DNA of 63,137 bases from Promethearchaeota archaeon (GCA_019894975.1 JAGXNO010000019.1:1-63137), one strand, 5' to 3'. Counted from the first letter of the stretch, positions 30,423 to 41,710 are shown. Made by a program: numbers and translations. The notes: generated from the sequence alone by a model not told the origin.

Positions 30423-32501
30423 TTAGGAGATGCTAAATGTGGTTGTTAAGAGATCTTCCTTGCGTGAAGAAGGTCCAACATAAATGATATAAATAATGTT
30501 TTCTACAACCCATTCTTTTCTATCTATATCATAATACGCCAGATCCTCTGCCCTTAAACCCAAATTAACAGTTTTAGTTTCACCCGGAGTTAGAAAAACT
30601 TTATCAAAGCCTTTAAGATCCTTAAAAGGTCTATCCACTGACGAATTTTTATATCCTACATACATTTGCACGACTTCTTCCCCAGTTATATTTCCAGTAT
30701 TAGTCACATCAACACTTACTTGAATTTCACCATCAGAACTAATCATACTTTTATCAATTCTAAGATTATTGTATGAATAGCTTGTATAGCTTAAGCCATA
30801 ACCAAACGGATATGTAGGTTCATATCCTTCTTTATCCATTAATCTATACCCATGATAATATCCATATTCAATTTCAGTTACATTTGTATCGAAGTATGGA
30901 AGTTGATCCTCTGATTTTGCAAATACAGCAGGTAATTTTGCGCTAGGATTAATATCACCGAACAATATTTCTCCAAGTGCAGTCCCACCTTCCATTCCAG
31001 GATACCATAACATCAAGATTGCAGAAACTTCATTTTCCCATGGTTCTACAATTATCGGACCACCTCCTTCTAATGCTACAATACAATTCTCGTTTACTGA
31101 AGCTATTGCAGATATTAGTTTCTCATCTTTTTCATGTAATCTTAATGATTTTCGATCTCCCGTACGTTCTTTAGATCCAGATCCCTCTCCTTCATCTATA
31201 TGAGTGTATCCTGCTACAATAATGGAGATTTCTGAACTTTTAGCTAATTCCTTAGCATCTTCAAGATCCTCTCCTTCATTGAATATTATATTAGTTGCAT
31301 TTCCTGCAGAACTTTTTATACCTTCAAGTGGAGTTATTACATATGGGGGATAAACTCTACTACTACCATGATCCCCAATATTGGGAGTATTTGTTAATTT
31401 ACCAAAAACGGCAATCTGTTTTATTTCATTTCTTTTCAGTGGTAATATTGATTTTTTGTTCTTCAATAGTACAATACTTTTTCTCGCAGCCTCTAAAGCT
31501 AAGTCAGTGTGTTCTTTACAAGCAATTTTTTCCTTATTATATAACTTAGGATCCCCTTTGTGTGCAAATTTAAGTTTTTGTCTTAAAATTCGTAAAACTC
31601 CTTCATCAACAAGATCTTCGGTGAATCGTCCTTCATTCATATATCCGATCATCTTATCCGGAGCCATCCGAAACTCGAATGGCATCTCAATATCCACCCC
31701 CGCATTTATAGCGAGTGCCCCATTCCGAATACCCCAAAAAAAATCAGTAAGAACAAAACCCTTAAAATTCCAATCTTCTTTTAAAATTTCTCTTAGGAGG
31801 TGTGGGTTATGACCACAATACTTACCATTCACTTTATTATATGCACTCATGATAGAAGCTACACCTGCATCAACACATTTTTTAAAATGTGGAAGATAAA
31901 CTTCCCTTAATGTTCTTTCATCAATTGATACGTTTAAATTAAATCTTGTAGTTTCTATGCTATTACAGGCATAATGTTTAGCACATGCCATAATATGCTT
32001 TTGAACACCCTTTAAGAGTGCCACACCAAAAACTCCAAGGTGATATGTATCTTCCCCATATGTTTCTTGAGCTCTTCCCCAAGCTGGGTGTCTCAATAAG
32101 TTAATACATACACCACCAAAGTAGTTAGCACCATGTGATTTTGCTTCAATTCCAATCACACTCCCAATTTTTTCCTCTAATTCCAAATCCCAAGAAGCAC
32201 CTCTTGCCATGGATACAGGAAAACAAGTTGAACTTCCTATAACAACTCCTCTTGGTCCATCAGAAAAAAGGACTCCAGGGACTCCGAGTTTTTTATCTTC
32301 TCCGGCAGAGATGGATTCAGCATTATACCTTTTATGCATTTTTGGTCCACCTTCGGTTACTGTCTGATCTGCTACCATCTGGTTTAATTTTTCCTTCAGA
32401 GTCATTATAGAAAGAATTTGTTTTGCTTTTTCTTCAATTTGATCAACTGATAGATCTTGTAAATCATCCCAATTTATCCATCTTTTTGAATCTTCTGACA
32501 T
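30423..32501 (-). CDS. GH3 beta-glucosidase with Fn3-like C-terminus
   Basis: SDGPRG, WGRAQETYGED, AKHY, MSAYNKVNG, FVLTDF, PFGYGLSYT. Confidence 0.93.
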   Translation of the reverse strand: MSEDSKRWINWDDLQDLSVDQIEEKAKQILSIMTLKEKLNQMVADQTVTEGGPKMHKRYNAESISAGEDKKLGVPGVLFSDGPRGVVIGSSTCFPVSMARGASWDLELEEKIGSVIGIEAKSHGANYFGGVCINLLRHPAWGRAQETYGEDTYHLGVFGVALLKGVQKHIMACAKHYACNSIETTRFNLNVSIDERTLREVYLPHFKKCVDAGVASIMSAYNKVNGKYCGHNPHLLREILKEDWNFKGFVLTDFFWGIRNGALAINAGVDIEMPFEFRMAPDKMIGYMNEGRFTEDLVDEGVLRILRQKLKFAHKGDPKLYNKEKIACKEHTDLALEAARKSIVLLKNKKSILPLKRNEIKQIAVFGKLTNTPNIGDHGSSRVYPPYVITPLEGIKSSAGNATNIIFNEGEDLEDAKELAKSSEISIIVAGYTHIDEGEGSGSKERTGDRKSLRLHEKDEKLISAIASVNENCIVALEGGGPIIVEPWENEVSAILMLWYPGMEGGTALGEILFGDINPSAKLPAVFAKSEDQLPYFDTNVTEIEYGYYHGYRLMDKEGYEPTYPFGYGLSYTSYSYNNLRIDKSMISSDGEIQVSVDVTNTGNITGEEVVQMYVGYKNSSVDRPFKDLKGFDKVFLTPGETKTVNLGLRAEDLAYYDIDRKEWVVENIIYIIYVGPSSRKEDLLTTTFSIS

Positions 32502-32609
32502 TTTAATGACCTTTTACTATCAATTCAACAACAAATTTGTTTTAATAAAAATAAAAGGTTATACTCACATTAAAAGTTTAAAAAAAGAAGATTAAAATTA
32601 TATCGAGTT

Positions 32610-33545
32610 TTATTGATTCATGAAATCTTCTACTTCTTGCCGGCTAGGGACATTCATCGCTCCTTTTCTTGTGATTTTTAAGGCTGAAACTGCATTTGCG
32701 AAATAGGGTATTTCTTTTAAGGGCATTTTGGTTAATAATCCAGTAATTAATCCAGCAGCAAATGCATCACCCGCTCCAGTCGTGTCTACAACATCAACCT
32801 TATATGAAGGTGCGGAAAATATACCATTTTTGGTGAGAATGGTTGCTCCTTCTGCTCCCCGTGTTATACCTACGATAGAAGGTCCTAATTCTAGGATAGA
32901 CTCGAATGCTTTTTCACCTTTTTCTTGGGTGATAAATTCTGCTTCTGAGATTGATGGTAAAAAAATATCTGTATCTTTGAGAACTTTAAAAATATGTTCT
33001 CGTGGATCTTTGTTATGCCATAAATCATCCCGAAGATTGGGATCACATGCTACTTGTAAACCATGTTTTTTAGCATAGTCAATTGCTTTAAAGATCGCAC
33101 TTCGAGCTGGTTCATCAGCCATAGATACTGTTCCGCACATTAGTAGTTTTGCTGATTTAATGTATTCCTCGCTAATTTCTTCAGGTGTTAGCATAATATC
33201 AGCACAAGGAGATCTATAAAATGAAAAACTAGGGTTTCTATTTTCATCCAAACCGACGAATGCAAGAGCAGTTTTATATTCACTTGTTATCTTTACTTGA
33301 CTTATCTCTACAGTCTCAGTTTCAAGTGTTTTTATCAAGAAATTCCCGAAAAAATCATCACCTACTTTGGTTATCATACCCGATGACAATCCTAAATGCC
33401 TAACACCAACAGCAAAATTTGCGGGTGCTCCTCCGGCGAATCTTTTAAAAGTAGTTTGGACTTCTAAGGGTTTAGCTGGCATATCAGCTATCATATCAAT
33501 TAAAATTTCTCCGATTGCAATAACTTCAACCATATAAATCTCCAA
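32610..33545 (-). CDS. PfkB-family carbohydrate kinase
   Basis: GGAPANFA, DPNLR, DTTGAGDAF. Confidence 0.93.
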   Translation of the reverse strand: MEIYMVEVIAIGEILIDMIADMPAKPLEVQTTFKRFAGGAPANFAVGVRHLGLSSGMITKVGDDFFGNFLIKTLETETVEISQVKITSEYKTALAFVGLDENRNPSFSFYRSPCADIMLTPEEISEEYIKSAKLLMCGTVSMADEPARSAIFKAIDYAKKHGLQVACDPNLRDDLWHNKDPREHIFKVLKDTDIFLPSISEAEFITQEKGEKAFESILELGPSIVGITRGAEGATILTKNGIFSAPSYKVDVVDTTGAGDAFAAGLITGLLTKMPLKEIPYFANAVSALKITRKGAMNVPSRQEVEDFMNQ

Positions 33546-33559
33546 TTATTTCAGATAAT

Positions 33560-34708
33560 TCATGAGGGACAAATACTTGTAGCATCATTATCAATTATTG
33601 CTTGGAATTGACGTTTAGTATTTACTTCGAACAACTTCATAGCCCTAGGATCACTTCTATCCAACTGAGCAAAACTAAGTACAGGGATATAGGCATAACA
33701 CATTAAAGCTTTAAGGTAATTTTCCCAGGCAAAGTCAAAATCAAAACCTGTAATCTCTTTTTCTTCTAACCGTTTAATATAATGTTTAACCATATCTTTC
33801 TCAATTTTTCTCCTTAAATCGATTTCAACACTTTCAGCTAAAAGGTATCCTATATCCAAAATACCCCCATTTACAACTGCTGAGCCCCAATCAATAATAA
33901 TAATTGGATTTTCTTTATTTTCCCAATCGAAGAATAGATTATCAACCCGAAAATCAAAATGAGAAATAGTCATGTTGTCATCTGGTATATCTGTTACCAA
34001 CCAAGGAAATTGTTCATGGATTATCTGTCCTGCTTGTAAACTACCTTCAGGAAGAAATTTCTGAAATTCCTCTGATTTTACAGAAAGATCCCAACTATTA
34101 CGAAAAGTGTCGACCATTGATTTAGACACATCATCCTTAGGTTTTGGCATCCAATCAAACGAATATAGATCTGGAGAATCCCACCATCTTGAGTGGAATT
34201 CGGCAATAGTATCTATTACTTGTCTAGTCTGATCCTCATTCATACCCTTTATTTGGTCAATTTGTTCATAACATGAGCAATCATCTAAAATCAGGATATA
34301 TCTTTTAGCTTCTTTATCAAAACCGTGGTAAATAACACCAGGAGTACGAATGGGACTTTGAGGTGCTACTTCTGTATAAAATCTAATTTCTCTTTCATAG
34401 AGATTGTATTGTTCAGCAATAGCCAAAGCTGTTCTAAAGGTAGTTGGCATTTTTACTATCATAGTTTCTGGGAGATTGGGGGATTCTTTGTCGTATTTTA
34501 AAGTTAATCTTGCCATGTCACTTACGAATCCTTCACCAGCACCCCATGGTTCTCTTGAAATTGATTCGATATTGATATCTTTAAGATATCCAGAGCTATG
34601 CAGAGCATCGTTAAGCCATTCTGATGTCATCCTTTTTGTTCGTTTAGGTATCATTTCTTCTATATCTCTTGATTTCGTGATTATTGATAATATTAGTTTC
34701 ATCTTCAA
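33560..34708 (-). CDS. APH/ecdysteroid-kinase-like phosphotransferase
   Basis: YEREIRFY, HFDFRVDNLFF, IIDWG; real start likely MIPK. Confidence 0.8.
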   Translation of the reverse strand: MKMKLILSIITKSRDIEEMIPKRTKRMTSEWLNDALHSSGYLKDINIESISREPWGAGEGFVSDMARLTLKYDKESPNLPETMIVKMPTTFRTALAIAEQYNLYEREIRFYTEVAPQSPIRTPGVIYHGFDKEAKRYILILDDCSCYEQIDQIKGMNEDQTRQVIDTIAEFHSRWWDSPDLYSFDWMPKPKDDVSKSMVDTFRNSWDLSVKSEEFQKFLPEGSLQAGQIIHEQFPWLVTDIPDDNMTISHFDFRVDNLFFDWENKENPIIIIDWGSAVVNGGILDIGYLLAESVEIDLRRKIEKDMVKHYIKRLEEKEITGFDFDFAWENYLKALMCYAYIPVLSFAQLDRSDPRAMKLFEVNTKRQFQAIIDNDATSICPS

Positions 34709-34749
34709 TACTTAAAATATTTACTCTAAAAACAAAGAAATTATTATGT

Positions 34750-35601
34750 TTATTCTATTAAACCATACTTTTCCTGCATAATTCGGATGAAAGTGGCACC
34801 CTCTTTTATGAGGACATCCCCACTGAGTGCAAGTTGACGCCATACCCACGTATTCATATTGTTAGTCATATCTACAAAGCTTTCTAATGCAGCATATCCA
34901 CGATAATTTATTTCAGCCAGAGCTTTAAAAATTCCATCCCAATCGACCAAACCCGTGCCGGGAATGCCTCGATCATTTTCACATAAATGATAATGAATAA
35001 GCTTATCACCTGCGAGTTTTGTGGACTCATAAAAGCTCTTTTCTTCGATGTTCATATGATAGGTATCAAGATGGATTTTCATATTATCCTCATCAATCAT
35101 ATCGATTAGCTTTAGGGCTTGTTCGCATGTATTAATAAGATATGTCTCATACCGATTCACAGGTTCAAGACCGATAGTGACTCCTAGGGTTTTTGCGTAT
35201 TGTGCGACCTCTTTTAAGCATTCGGCAGAAAATTTCCATGTTTGTTCTGTAGGTCTATCTCGTGTAGCTTTAGTATGTTGAGAGTATATGACGCCTGAAA
35301 GACTTGTTCCCCCTACATCATGTGTTGCTTTAGTGCAACTCTTTAAATATTCAACTCCATTAGCTCGAATTTCAGGTTTATCACTAGTTATATCAGTTTT
35401 TTCATCTAAAATTGTTGAGGTAACTACATCCAACCCAACTTTCGATAATCTCTTTGAAACGGCGTTGACATCAAAATCTTCTAATACCATCAATGGAATT
35501 TCTATAAAATCTAAACCTAAGTCCTTTATTCTATTAATCAAATCAAGGGATTCATTACTCCATTGTGAACAATATGCATATGCATGTATTCCAATCTTCA
35601 T
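34750..35601 (-). CDS. Sugar phosphate isomerase/epimerase (D-psicose/tagatose 3-epimerase-like)
   Basis: LEPVNRYETY, LDTYHMNIEE, HLCENDRG, LESF. Confidence 0.9.
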   Translation of the reverse strand: MKIGIHAYAYCSQWSNESLDLINRIKDLGLDFIEIPLMVLEDFDVNAVSKRLSKVGLDVVTSTILDEKTDITSDKPEIRANGVEYLKSCTKATHDVGGTSLSGVIYSQHTKATRDRPTEQTWKFSAECLKEVAQYAKTLGVTIGLEPVNRYETYLINTCEQALKLIDMIDEDNMKIHLDTYHMNIEEKSFYESTKLAGDKLIHYHLCENDRGIPGTGLVDWDGIFKALAEINYRGYAALESFVDMTNNMNTWVWRQLALSGDVLIKEGATFIRIMQEKYGLIE

Positions 35602-35757
35602 TTTGCTCTTCTATATTTAGTAATGGAAATTATTTGAAGTCTATTATTATTTAAATTATATTAGTTTGCAACCTATTATCTAAAAAAATAAATTCCATGA
35701 ATAATTTCTATTAATTGATTTTCAGACTTATTTGAAATTTGCAAGGACAAAGATATT

Positions 35758-36879
35758 ATGAGTTCTAAAAAAAGAGATTATTACGAAGTTTTAGGAGTAG
35801 CAAAAGATGTTTCCACCAATGATATTAAACTAGCTTATCGTAAATTAGCAAGAAAATATCATCCAGATGTTAATAAGACCGATCCAAGAGCGAGTAGCAA
35901 ATTTATTGAAATCCAAGAAGCTTATGAAGTATTGAGTGATGAAAATAAAAGGAGCAATTATGATCGGTTCGGTCATGGTGGAGTACAGGTAGATATGAGT
36001 GATTTCTTTTCAGGAGGAATCCCAGGAATTGATGAACTCTTTAAAAGTATCTTTGGTGAATTCAGCCCATTTGGAGGATTTAATGGTTTTGGTGGGGGTT
36101 CTCGTAGTAGAAGGAGAACAGCACCGCGCCGAGAAGTAGGACAAGACATTGAAAATCATGTAGAAATTAGTTTTGAAGAAGCTATGTTTGGAGTTAAAAA
36201 AGATATCCCAATAGAACGATATACTCCATGTGATGAATGTGAAGGAACGGGAGCTGAGGATCCATCAAGTGTAATTACCTGTCCAGAATGTCAAGGAACT
36301 GGTCGGATAAGAAAAATGACTCAGTCTGGGTTTGGTACAATTATTCGAGAATCGGCCTGCTATGATTGTAATGGCTCAGGACAAGTAATTGAAAAGAAAT
36401 GCAAGGTGTGTAATGGTTCTAAAATAGTACCTGAGGAAAAGACAATTCATGTAACCATTCCTCCTGGTGTAGAAAATGGAGTTCATTTAAAGGTTCAAGG
36501 TGCAGGACATGTTCCTTCTGTTAATGCAATACCAGGTGATCTTTATTTAGGAATTAGAATTACCGATAACGGAAGATTTATACGGAGAGGGAACGATTTG
36601 TACACTCCTACTAATGTTGATATAGTTACTGCAATCATTGGTGGAAAAATTAAAGTACCCACTTTAGACTACAAGGAAAATAAGATCGCTGAGAGAGAAT
36701 TACCACTTCCTGCTGGAACTCAGCCAGGTACAGAATTTCGAGTTAAAAATCGAGGTGTATCTTATGTGCGTGGAAGAGGAAGGGGAGACCAATATGTTAT
36801 TGTAAATATAGAAATACCAACAAAAATAACAGAAAAACAAAAGGAATTATTATTAAAATTCCAAGAATTAAATAAATAA
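35758..36879 (+). CDS. dnaJ: DnaJ chaperone
   Basis: J domain with HPD, G/F region, four CxxCxGxG-type repeats. Confidence 0.97.
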   Translation: MSSKKRDYYEVLGVAKDVSTNDIKLAYRKLARKYHPDVNKTDPRASSKFIEIQEAYEVLSDENKRSNYDRFGHGGVQVDMSDFFSGGIPGIDELFKSIFGEFSPFGGFNGFGGGSRSRRRTAPRREVGQDIENHVEISFEEAMFGVKKDIPIERYTPCDECEGTGAEDPSSVITCPECQGTGRIRKMTQSGFGTIIRESACYDCNGSGQVIEKKCKVCNGSKIVPEEKTIHVTIPPGVENGVHLKVQGAGHVPSVNAIPGDLYLGIRITDNGRFIRRGNDLYTPTNVDIVTAIIGGKIKVPTLDYKENKIAERELPLPAGTQPGTEFRVKNRGVSYVRGRGRGDQYVIVNIEIPTKITEKQKELLLKFQELNK

Positions 36880-36884
36880 AAATC

Positions 36885-37832
36885 TTACAATTGAAGGTTA
36901 AGCCATTCAATTACATCTCTAAATACATCATCACGATTAGTTTCATTAAATAGTTCGTGCCTTGAGTCTTCATAGAATTTATATGTTACTTTTGTATTAC
37001 CATATTTTTTAAGACGATTAATCATTGCTCTAACACCCTTAGTTTTATTACCTATTGGATCTAATGATCCTGCGATGAAATGGATAGGTAATTCTTTTGG
37101 TATTTTTTGCTCATTATGACTATTATAGATTTTTTCAAATCCAAGGAGAAATTCTAACCAAAGAGAGGCTGGAGGCACAAATCCACACCAAGGGTCGTCA
37201 ATATATTTTTGTACTTCATTTTTATCTCGACTAAGCCATTCAAATCCAGTAGCACCCTCATCCTTCTTCCAATCTCGATTATTAGTTTTAAAATTCATAT
37301 CATACATTTTCTGACTTGGCGTTGTGGGTGCTAATTTCTTAATTTCTCCTTTGAGAATTATTTTTCCCGCTCTAATTACTAACCCTCTTACCTTCCCATT
37401 AGTACCACTCAATATGCATCCTTTTAATTCATTTCCCCATTGTTGAATATAATCTTGTGCGAGGAAAGCCCCCCACGAATGTCCCAACAAAAATAATGGA
37501 AGATTTGGATTCTCTTTCTTAATGATATCTGATAATTGATGAATATCATCTACAATTCCTTCCCATCCATTGTCTCCTAGAACCCCAGCATGTCCTTCTA
37601 ATGTTGCTTCAGTCAAATCCCCCGCAGTTAATCCATGGCCGCGTTGATCATTAGCATAGCAAATATATCCCTGATTACATAAAACTTCTGCCACTCGAGT
37701 ATATCTTTTTGCATGTTCAGCTAATCCATGAACAATTTGAATAGCAGCTTTCGGGCTTGTATCTGGTTCCCACTTATATACAAAAATTTCAATACCTCCG
37801 GGATCTTTAAACGTAAAAGTTGAACTTTTCAT
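36885..37832 (-). CDS. Lysophospholipase-like alpha/beta hydrolase
   Basis: VHGLAEH, DQRGHG, GHSWG, RHELFNE. Confidence 0.9.
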   Translation of the reverse strand: MKSSTFTFKDPGGIEIFVYKWEPDTSPKAAIQIVHGLAEHAKRYTRVAEVLCNQGYICYANDQRGHGLTAGDLTEATLEGHAGVLGDNGWEGIVDDIHQLSDIIKKENPNLPLFLLGHSWGAFLAQDYIQQWGNELKGCILSGTNGKVRGLVIRAGKIILKGEIKKLAPTTPSQKMYDMNFKTNNRDWKKDEGATGFEWLSRDKNEVQKYIDDPWCGFVPPASLWLEFLLGFEKIYNSHNEQKIPKELPIHFIAGSLDPIGNKTKGVRAMINRLKKYGNTKVTYKFYEDSRHELFNETNRDDVFRDVIEWLNLQL

Positions 37833-37971
37833 AATACCATCATCTTTTTAATTTGTTTCAAAGAGTTTAATTTATAATAATTTAGTTAATTTCTTCTTAT
37901 GATACAACTCTATTTATAATTTGATCAAAGAAAAATATTTTTATTTTATAAAGTAGAATATGTCTTATAGT

Positions 37972-38106
37972 ATGAAAGGGGATTTGTTTTTAAAATGGAA
38001 ATGTGATAAATGTGGTCATGAATTTGGCTCAGATGACTTTCCAGAGGAAGGATTTAAGTGTCCGGGATGTGGGGGTGAAGATTGCTCCTTCAGCCTTATA
38101 GAATAA
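37972..38106 (+). CDS. Small rubredoxin-like Zn/Fe ribbon protein (44 aa)
   Basis: MKGDLFLKWKCDKCGHEFGSDDFPEEGFKCPGCGGEDCSFSLIE*; below ORF-track cutoff. Confidence 0.75.
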   Translation: MKGDLFLKWKCDKCGHEFGSDDFPEEGFKCPGCGGEDCSFSLIE

Positions 38107-38156
38107 AATCTATTTTCAAAATTTATCCTTTTTAATTAAATTAAACTAAGAAAAAG

Positions 38157-38372
38157 ATGAAAAAAATGATTGAATGTAATCAAGAAACGAGAAAGAAAGC
38201 ATGTGCCTGTACCTATGATTGTTCAAGAAGGAGTAAATATTGTGAGTGTTTAGAAAATCATCTCTCTAAGAATCAACTCCCCGGATGTGCTTTTGCCAAA
38301 ATTTCGAAAGAAGCTGAGAAATCATATAACAGGGATTTTGAATATTTTGCGAAATTAGTATTAAACAACTAA
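38157..38372 (+). CDS. Small Cys-rich protein (DUF6485-like)
   Basis: CACTYDC...CECLENH...QLPGC...YNRDFEYF. Confidence 0.7.
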   Translation: MKKMIECNQETRKKACACTYDCSRRSKYCECLENHLSKNQLPGCAFAKISKEAEKSYNRDFEYFAKLVLNN

Positions 38373-38514
38373 TTTCAGTATAAAAGAATTCATATTCTTA
38401 TCGAGAAATGCTTAAATAAGTATTTTGAGTGATAAATTACTTAATATGTTCTTTAGTAAATCCTTTACTACTGTTTTATTAAAATTTATAAGGATAGAAC
38501 TCGATTAGAATGGT

Positions 38515-41301
38515 ATGGATTTTAAGAAAATCTATAAACGGGGTTTAGGTGTTTCATTTTTACTCCTTATCGTTATTATAGGTGTTCTGTTCATTCCTAA
38601 TCTAAATAAAAAACAGCTATCTAATGAAAATTCACTTTTTACAAGTGGACCTGATGACGCATATGAACCTAATAATATTCCAACCTTTGCTTATAATCTC
38701 ACAATGTGGGAAGACTTTTGGCTATTTGATATCAGTGGATTTGGCATACTAGAAGATGATGATTACTATGTTATTGATATCAAAATGGGATTCGAACATC
38801 TGCAAATTAATTTAACCTTCATCCATTCCTTGGGAAATATTGATATGAACCTTATTGATAGCACACTTACGACTGTAAACATGCAAAATTCAACAACAGA
38901 TAACGAATACATTGACATTATTGTTCCATCAGCAGGAATTTATTTTATCCTACTTGTTGGTCCAAATGCCTCAAATACTTACAATTTATTGTGGAAAACC
39001 TTACCTATGGATGATTTGTATGAACCAAATAATGACCGGTTTTCTGCTTATGACCTTATTACCTATAAAAATGTATGGCTTTCTTCAATTTTTGGACCGG
39101 GGCGTCAATATGATGACGATTGGTACAAAATATATATTACCCCCGGATATGAATATCTACATGTAATTCTTTTATTCAATCATAGTGAGGGAGATCTTGA
39201 TATACAACTTTATGATAGTAGTGGTAATCCAATTACAGGGAGTACTGGTACAATGGACAATGAATTTATTGATTATATAGTTCCTTCAATGGGAGAATAT
39301 TACTTACAGGTTTATTATGATAATAATGGGAATCCATATGATTTATGGTGGAATACTACAATACCAAGCATAATGGAGGATTTATATGAAGAAAATGATT
39401 TTGAGGGTCAAGCTCATGATCTTACTGGTTATGAAGCAATGTGGTTAACCTCAGTAAATGGATCAGGTTACCAGTGGGATGATGATTGGTATTTAGTTTA
39501 TTTAGATCCTGGAGAAGAAAGAATTCATATTGAACTATCCTTCTGGCATATGAATGGAGATTTGAGTCTTGAGGTGTACTTTTACGATGGAGGGAATTTT
39601 ACATATCTCGCAGGAAGTTATAGCATGAGCGATACTGAATACATAAATGTTATGGCTCCTTGGTTTGGATTTTATTATATCAGAGTGTATGGTCCTAATA
39701 TGGGAAATGATTATGATTTGTATTGGGAGGATCTTAATCCTACTGCAACTGGTGATGATTGGATGGAAGAAAACGACGATTTTGGGGCTGCTTGGTATGT
39801 CGATCCAAATTATTATTCTGGTCTTAAAATGGTGTTTAATGATGATGATTGGTTTAGAACCTATTTAAGAAACGGTGATAATTTTGAGGTTTCTATTTTC
39901 TTCAAACATTTTGAAGGTGATTTAGAATTAGAACTCTATGATCCTTCAGGAGCTTATAGATTTGGTTCTTATTCAAGCAATGATGATGAAAAAATAACAT
40001 ATATGGCAGATATGGTCGGAGATTGGCGAATTCGAGTATTTCACGCAGTTGGCACTTCCGAGTTACATTATGATTTAGATATATGGGTAAACGCTGGAGG
40101 ATCTAGTGATGACGATTGGATGGAAGAAAATGATGGTTTTTGGAGTGCCTGGTATGTTGACCCTGATATGTATCATGGTTTAATACTTGATCACGACGAT
40201 GAAGATTGGTTTCAGATAAATTTAACCTCTGGAGATGTAATTGATGTACGGATTTATTTCGATGATTATCAGGGAAATTTAGAATTAGAGCTTTATAGTC
40301 CTTCAAATACATATCGATCAGGTTCTTATTCAGGGGATTATGATGAATTTATTTCATTTATAGTCGATGTATCAGGAGAATGGCGAATTCGAGTATATCA
40401 TGCTGATGAAGACTCTAAAGTCTTTTATGATTTAGACATCTGGATAAAAGATGATTTTTATGAATATAACAATCATCCACAGGATATCTATAAAGACCAT
40501 CCCTCAATTCTCGTGCAAAATGAGCAGACTTGGTTAAGCGATCTTCACGGCCTAGCAGTGCAAGAAGATAATGATTGGTATATCATCGAGGTTACCCCTG
40601 GATTTGAACATTTAGTTATTGATCTTTCATTTAATCACACTTTAGGGAATATTGGTATCGGAATCTATGATGAATGGAGTATGTTAATTGTAGGGAATGA
40701 TACCATGACAAATGACGAACATATTGATTATATCCTCCCACATTCCGGAATATTTGCTATCCATGTATATGGAGATAACATGAGAAATAAGTATGATATG
40801 CGGTGGGATGACCTAAGAACGGATTGGCGATCTGATGATAATTATGAAATGAACAATGATGCTATGTCTGCTTTTGATATCTCATTTCTTGAGAATGTAT
40901 CTATATGGGCATGGGACGGATTAGCCTTACAATATGATCAGGATTGGTATGAAATCTATATAATGGAGTCAGGTTTGCAATTAATTGTGGCATTGATGTA
41001 TGATTCTGCTGAGGGTTTAATGGGATTTGAAGTATACGATGGAGATCTTCACAAAATCGCTAGTAACTTTACATTAACTGATAATGATTATATTATCCAA
41101 GATGTAACTAACGGGACTTATTACATAAAAGTTTTTGGAGATAATTCTGGAAATGTATATAATTTATGGTGGGGGACCCAAAAGCCTGATGAAGTTGGGA
41201 TGATACCAGGTTATGATGTTCTTATTTTAATAGCTTCAATTGTAGGAATTTCGACAGTTGTTATTAGAAAGAAGAGGAGTAAATTTAAACGGAAATTATA
41301 A
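38515..41301 (+). CDS. Surface protein with seven PPC-like acidic repeats and IPGY-TM sorting tail
   Basis: Repeats starting DDxYE/DDWMEEN with DxDW(Y/F); C-terminal IPGY+TM+basic tail. Confidence 0.85.
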   Translation: MDFKKIYKRGLGVSFLLLIVIIGVLFIPNLNKKQLSNENSLFTSGPDDAYEPNNIPTFAYNLTMWEDFWLFDISGFGILEDDDYYVIDIKMGFEHLQINLTFIHSLGNIDMNLIDSTLTTVNMQNSTTDNEYIDIIVPSAGIYFILLVGPNASNTYNLLWKTLPMDDLYEPNNDRFSAYDLITYKNVWLSSIFGPGRQYDDDWYKIYITPGYEYLHVILLFNHSEGDLDIQLYDSSGNPITGSTGTMDNEFIDYIVPSMGEYYLQVYYDNNGNPYDLWWNTTIPSIMEDLYEENDFEGQAHDLTGYEAMWLTSVNGSGYQWDDDWYLVYLDPGEERIHIELSFWHMNGDLSLEVYFYDGGNFTYLAGSYSMSDTEYINVMAPWFGFYYIRVYGPNMGNDYDLYWEDLNPTATGDDWMEENDDFGAAWYVDPNYYSGLKMVFNDDDWFRTYLRNGDNFEVSIFFKHFEGDLELELYDPSGAYRFGSYSSNDDEKITYMADMVGDWRIRVFHAVGTSELHYDLDIWVNAGGSSDDDWMEENDGFWSAWYVDPDMYHGLILDHDDEDWFQINLTSGDVIDVRIYFDDYQGNLELELYSPSNTYRSGSYSGDYDEFISFIVDVSGEWRIRVYHADEDSKVFYDLDIWIKDDFYEYNNHPQDIYKDHPSILVQNEQTWLSDLHGLAVQEDNDWYIIEVTPGFEHLVIDLSFNHTLGNIGIGIYDEWSMLIVGNDTMTNDEHIDYILPHSGIFAIHVYGDNMRNKYDMRWDDLRTDWRSDDNYEMNNDAMSAFDISFLENVSIWAWDGLALQYDQDWYEIYIMESGLQLIVALMYDSAEGLMGFEVYDGDLHKIASNFTLTDNDYIIQDVTNGTYYIKVFGDNSGNVYNLWWGTQKPDEVGMIPGYDVLILIASIVGISTVVIRKKRSKFKRKL

Positions 41302-41378
41302 TTTTTTCTACTTTTTCTTTTATTTTATAGGTAATTTATGAAAGAAGTACTTAAATAGTTATAATACTTATATTTAAA

Positions 41379-41710
41379 TGACAAATTGAGCTGTTGAGCT
41401 GACGGTGGGCATGACCCGCTGAGGAACCTCACCTCACCCTCCAAGCAAGGTGTAGATAACTACTACGATGAAAATCGTAATCTGATGGCAGAAACGACAC
41501 TGCCTTCTCACGTAGATTAATGACTTGGATATAAGCCAGAGAAATTGTGAGAAGGAATGGTTGAAACGAGTCAGACCCTTGGTGCAAGGCCAAATGAAAG
41601 CGTTAAAGCACTTGGAGCTAGCTTTAGGTAGGCCGCTTAGTTTGATGCTCAATCCTATTTTTGGCGACGAAAATAGCAGACAGAAAGGTGGGTACAAGCT
41701 CAAGTTGTCA
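41379..41710 (+). ncRNA. rnpB: RNase P RNA (archaeal)
   Basis: GC-enriched island; P1 TGACAA.TTGAGCT / AGCTCAA.TTGTCA; CR-I GAGGAACCTCACCT pairs with CR-V ACAGAAAGGTGGG (P4); GCAGAAACG, TGAAACG, GCAAGGCCAAAT, GTAGGCCGCT conserved segments. Confidence 0.9.
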
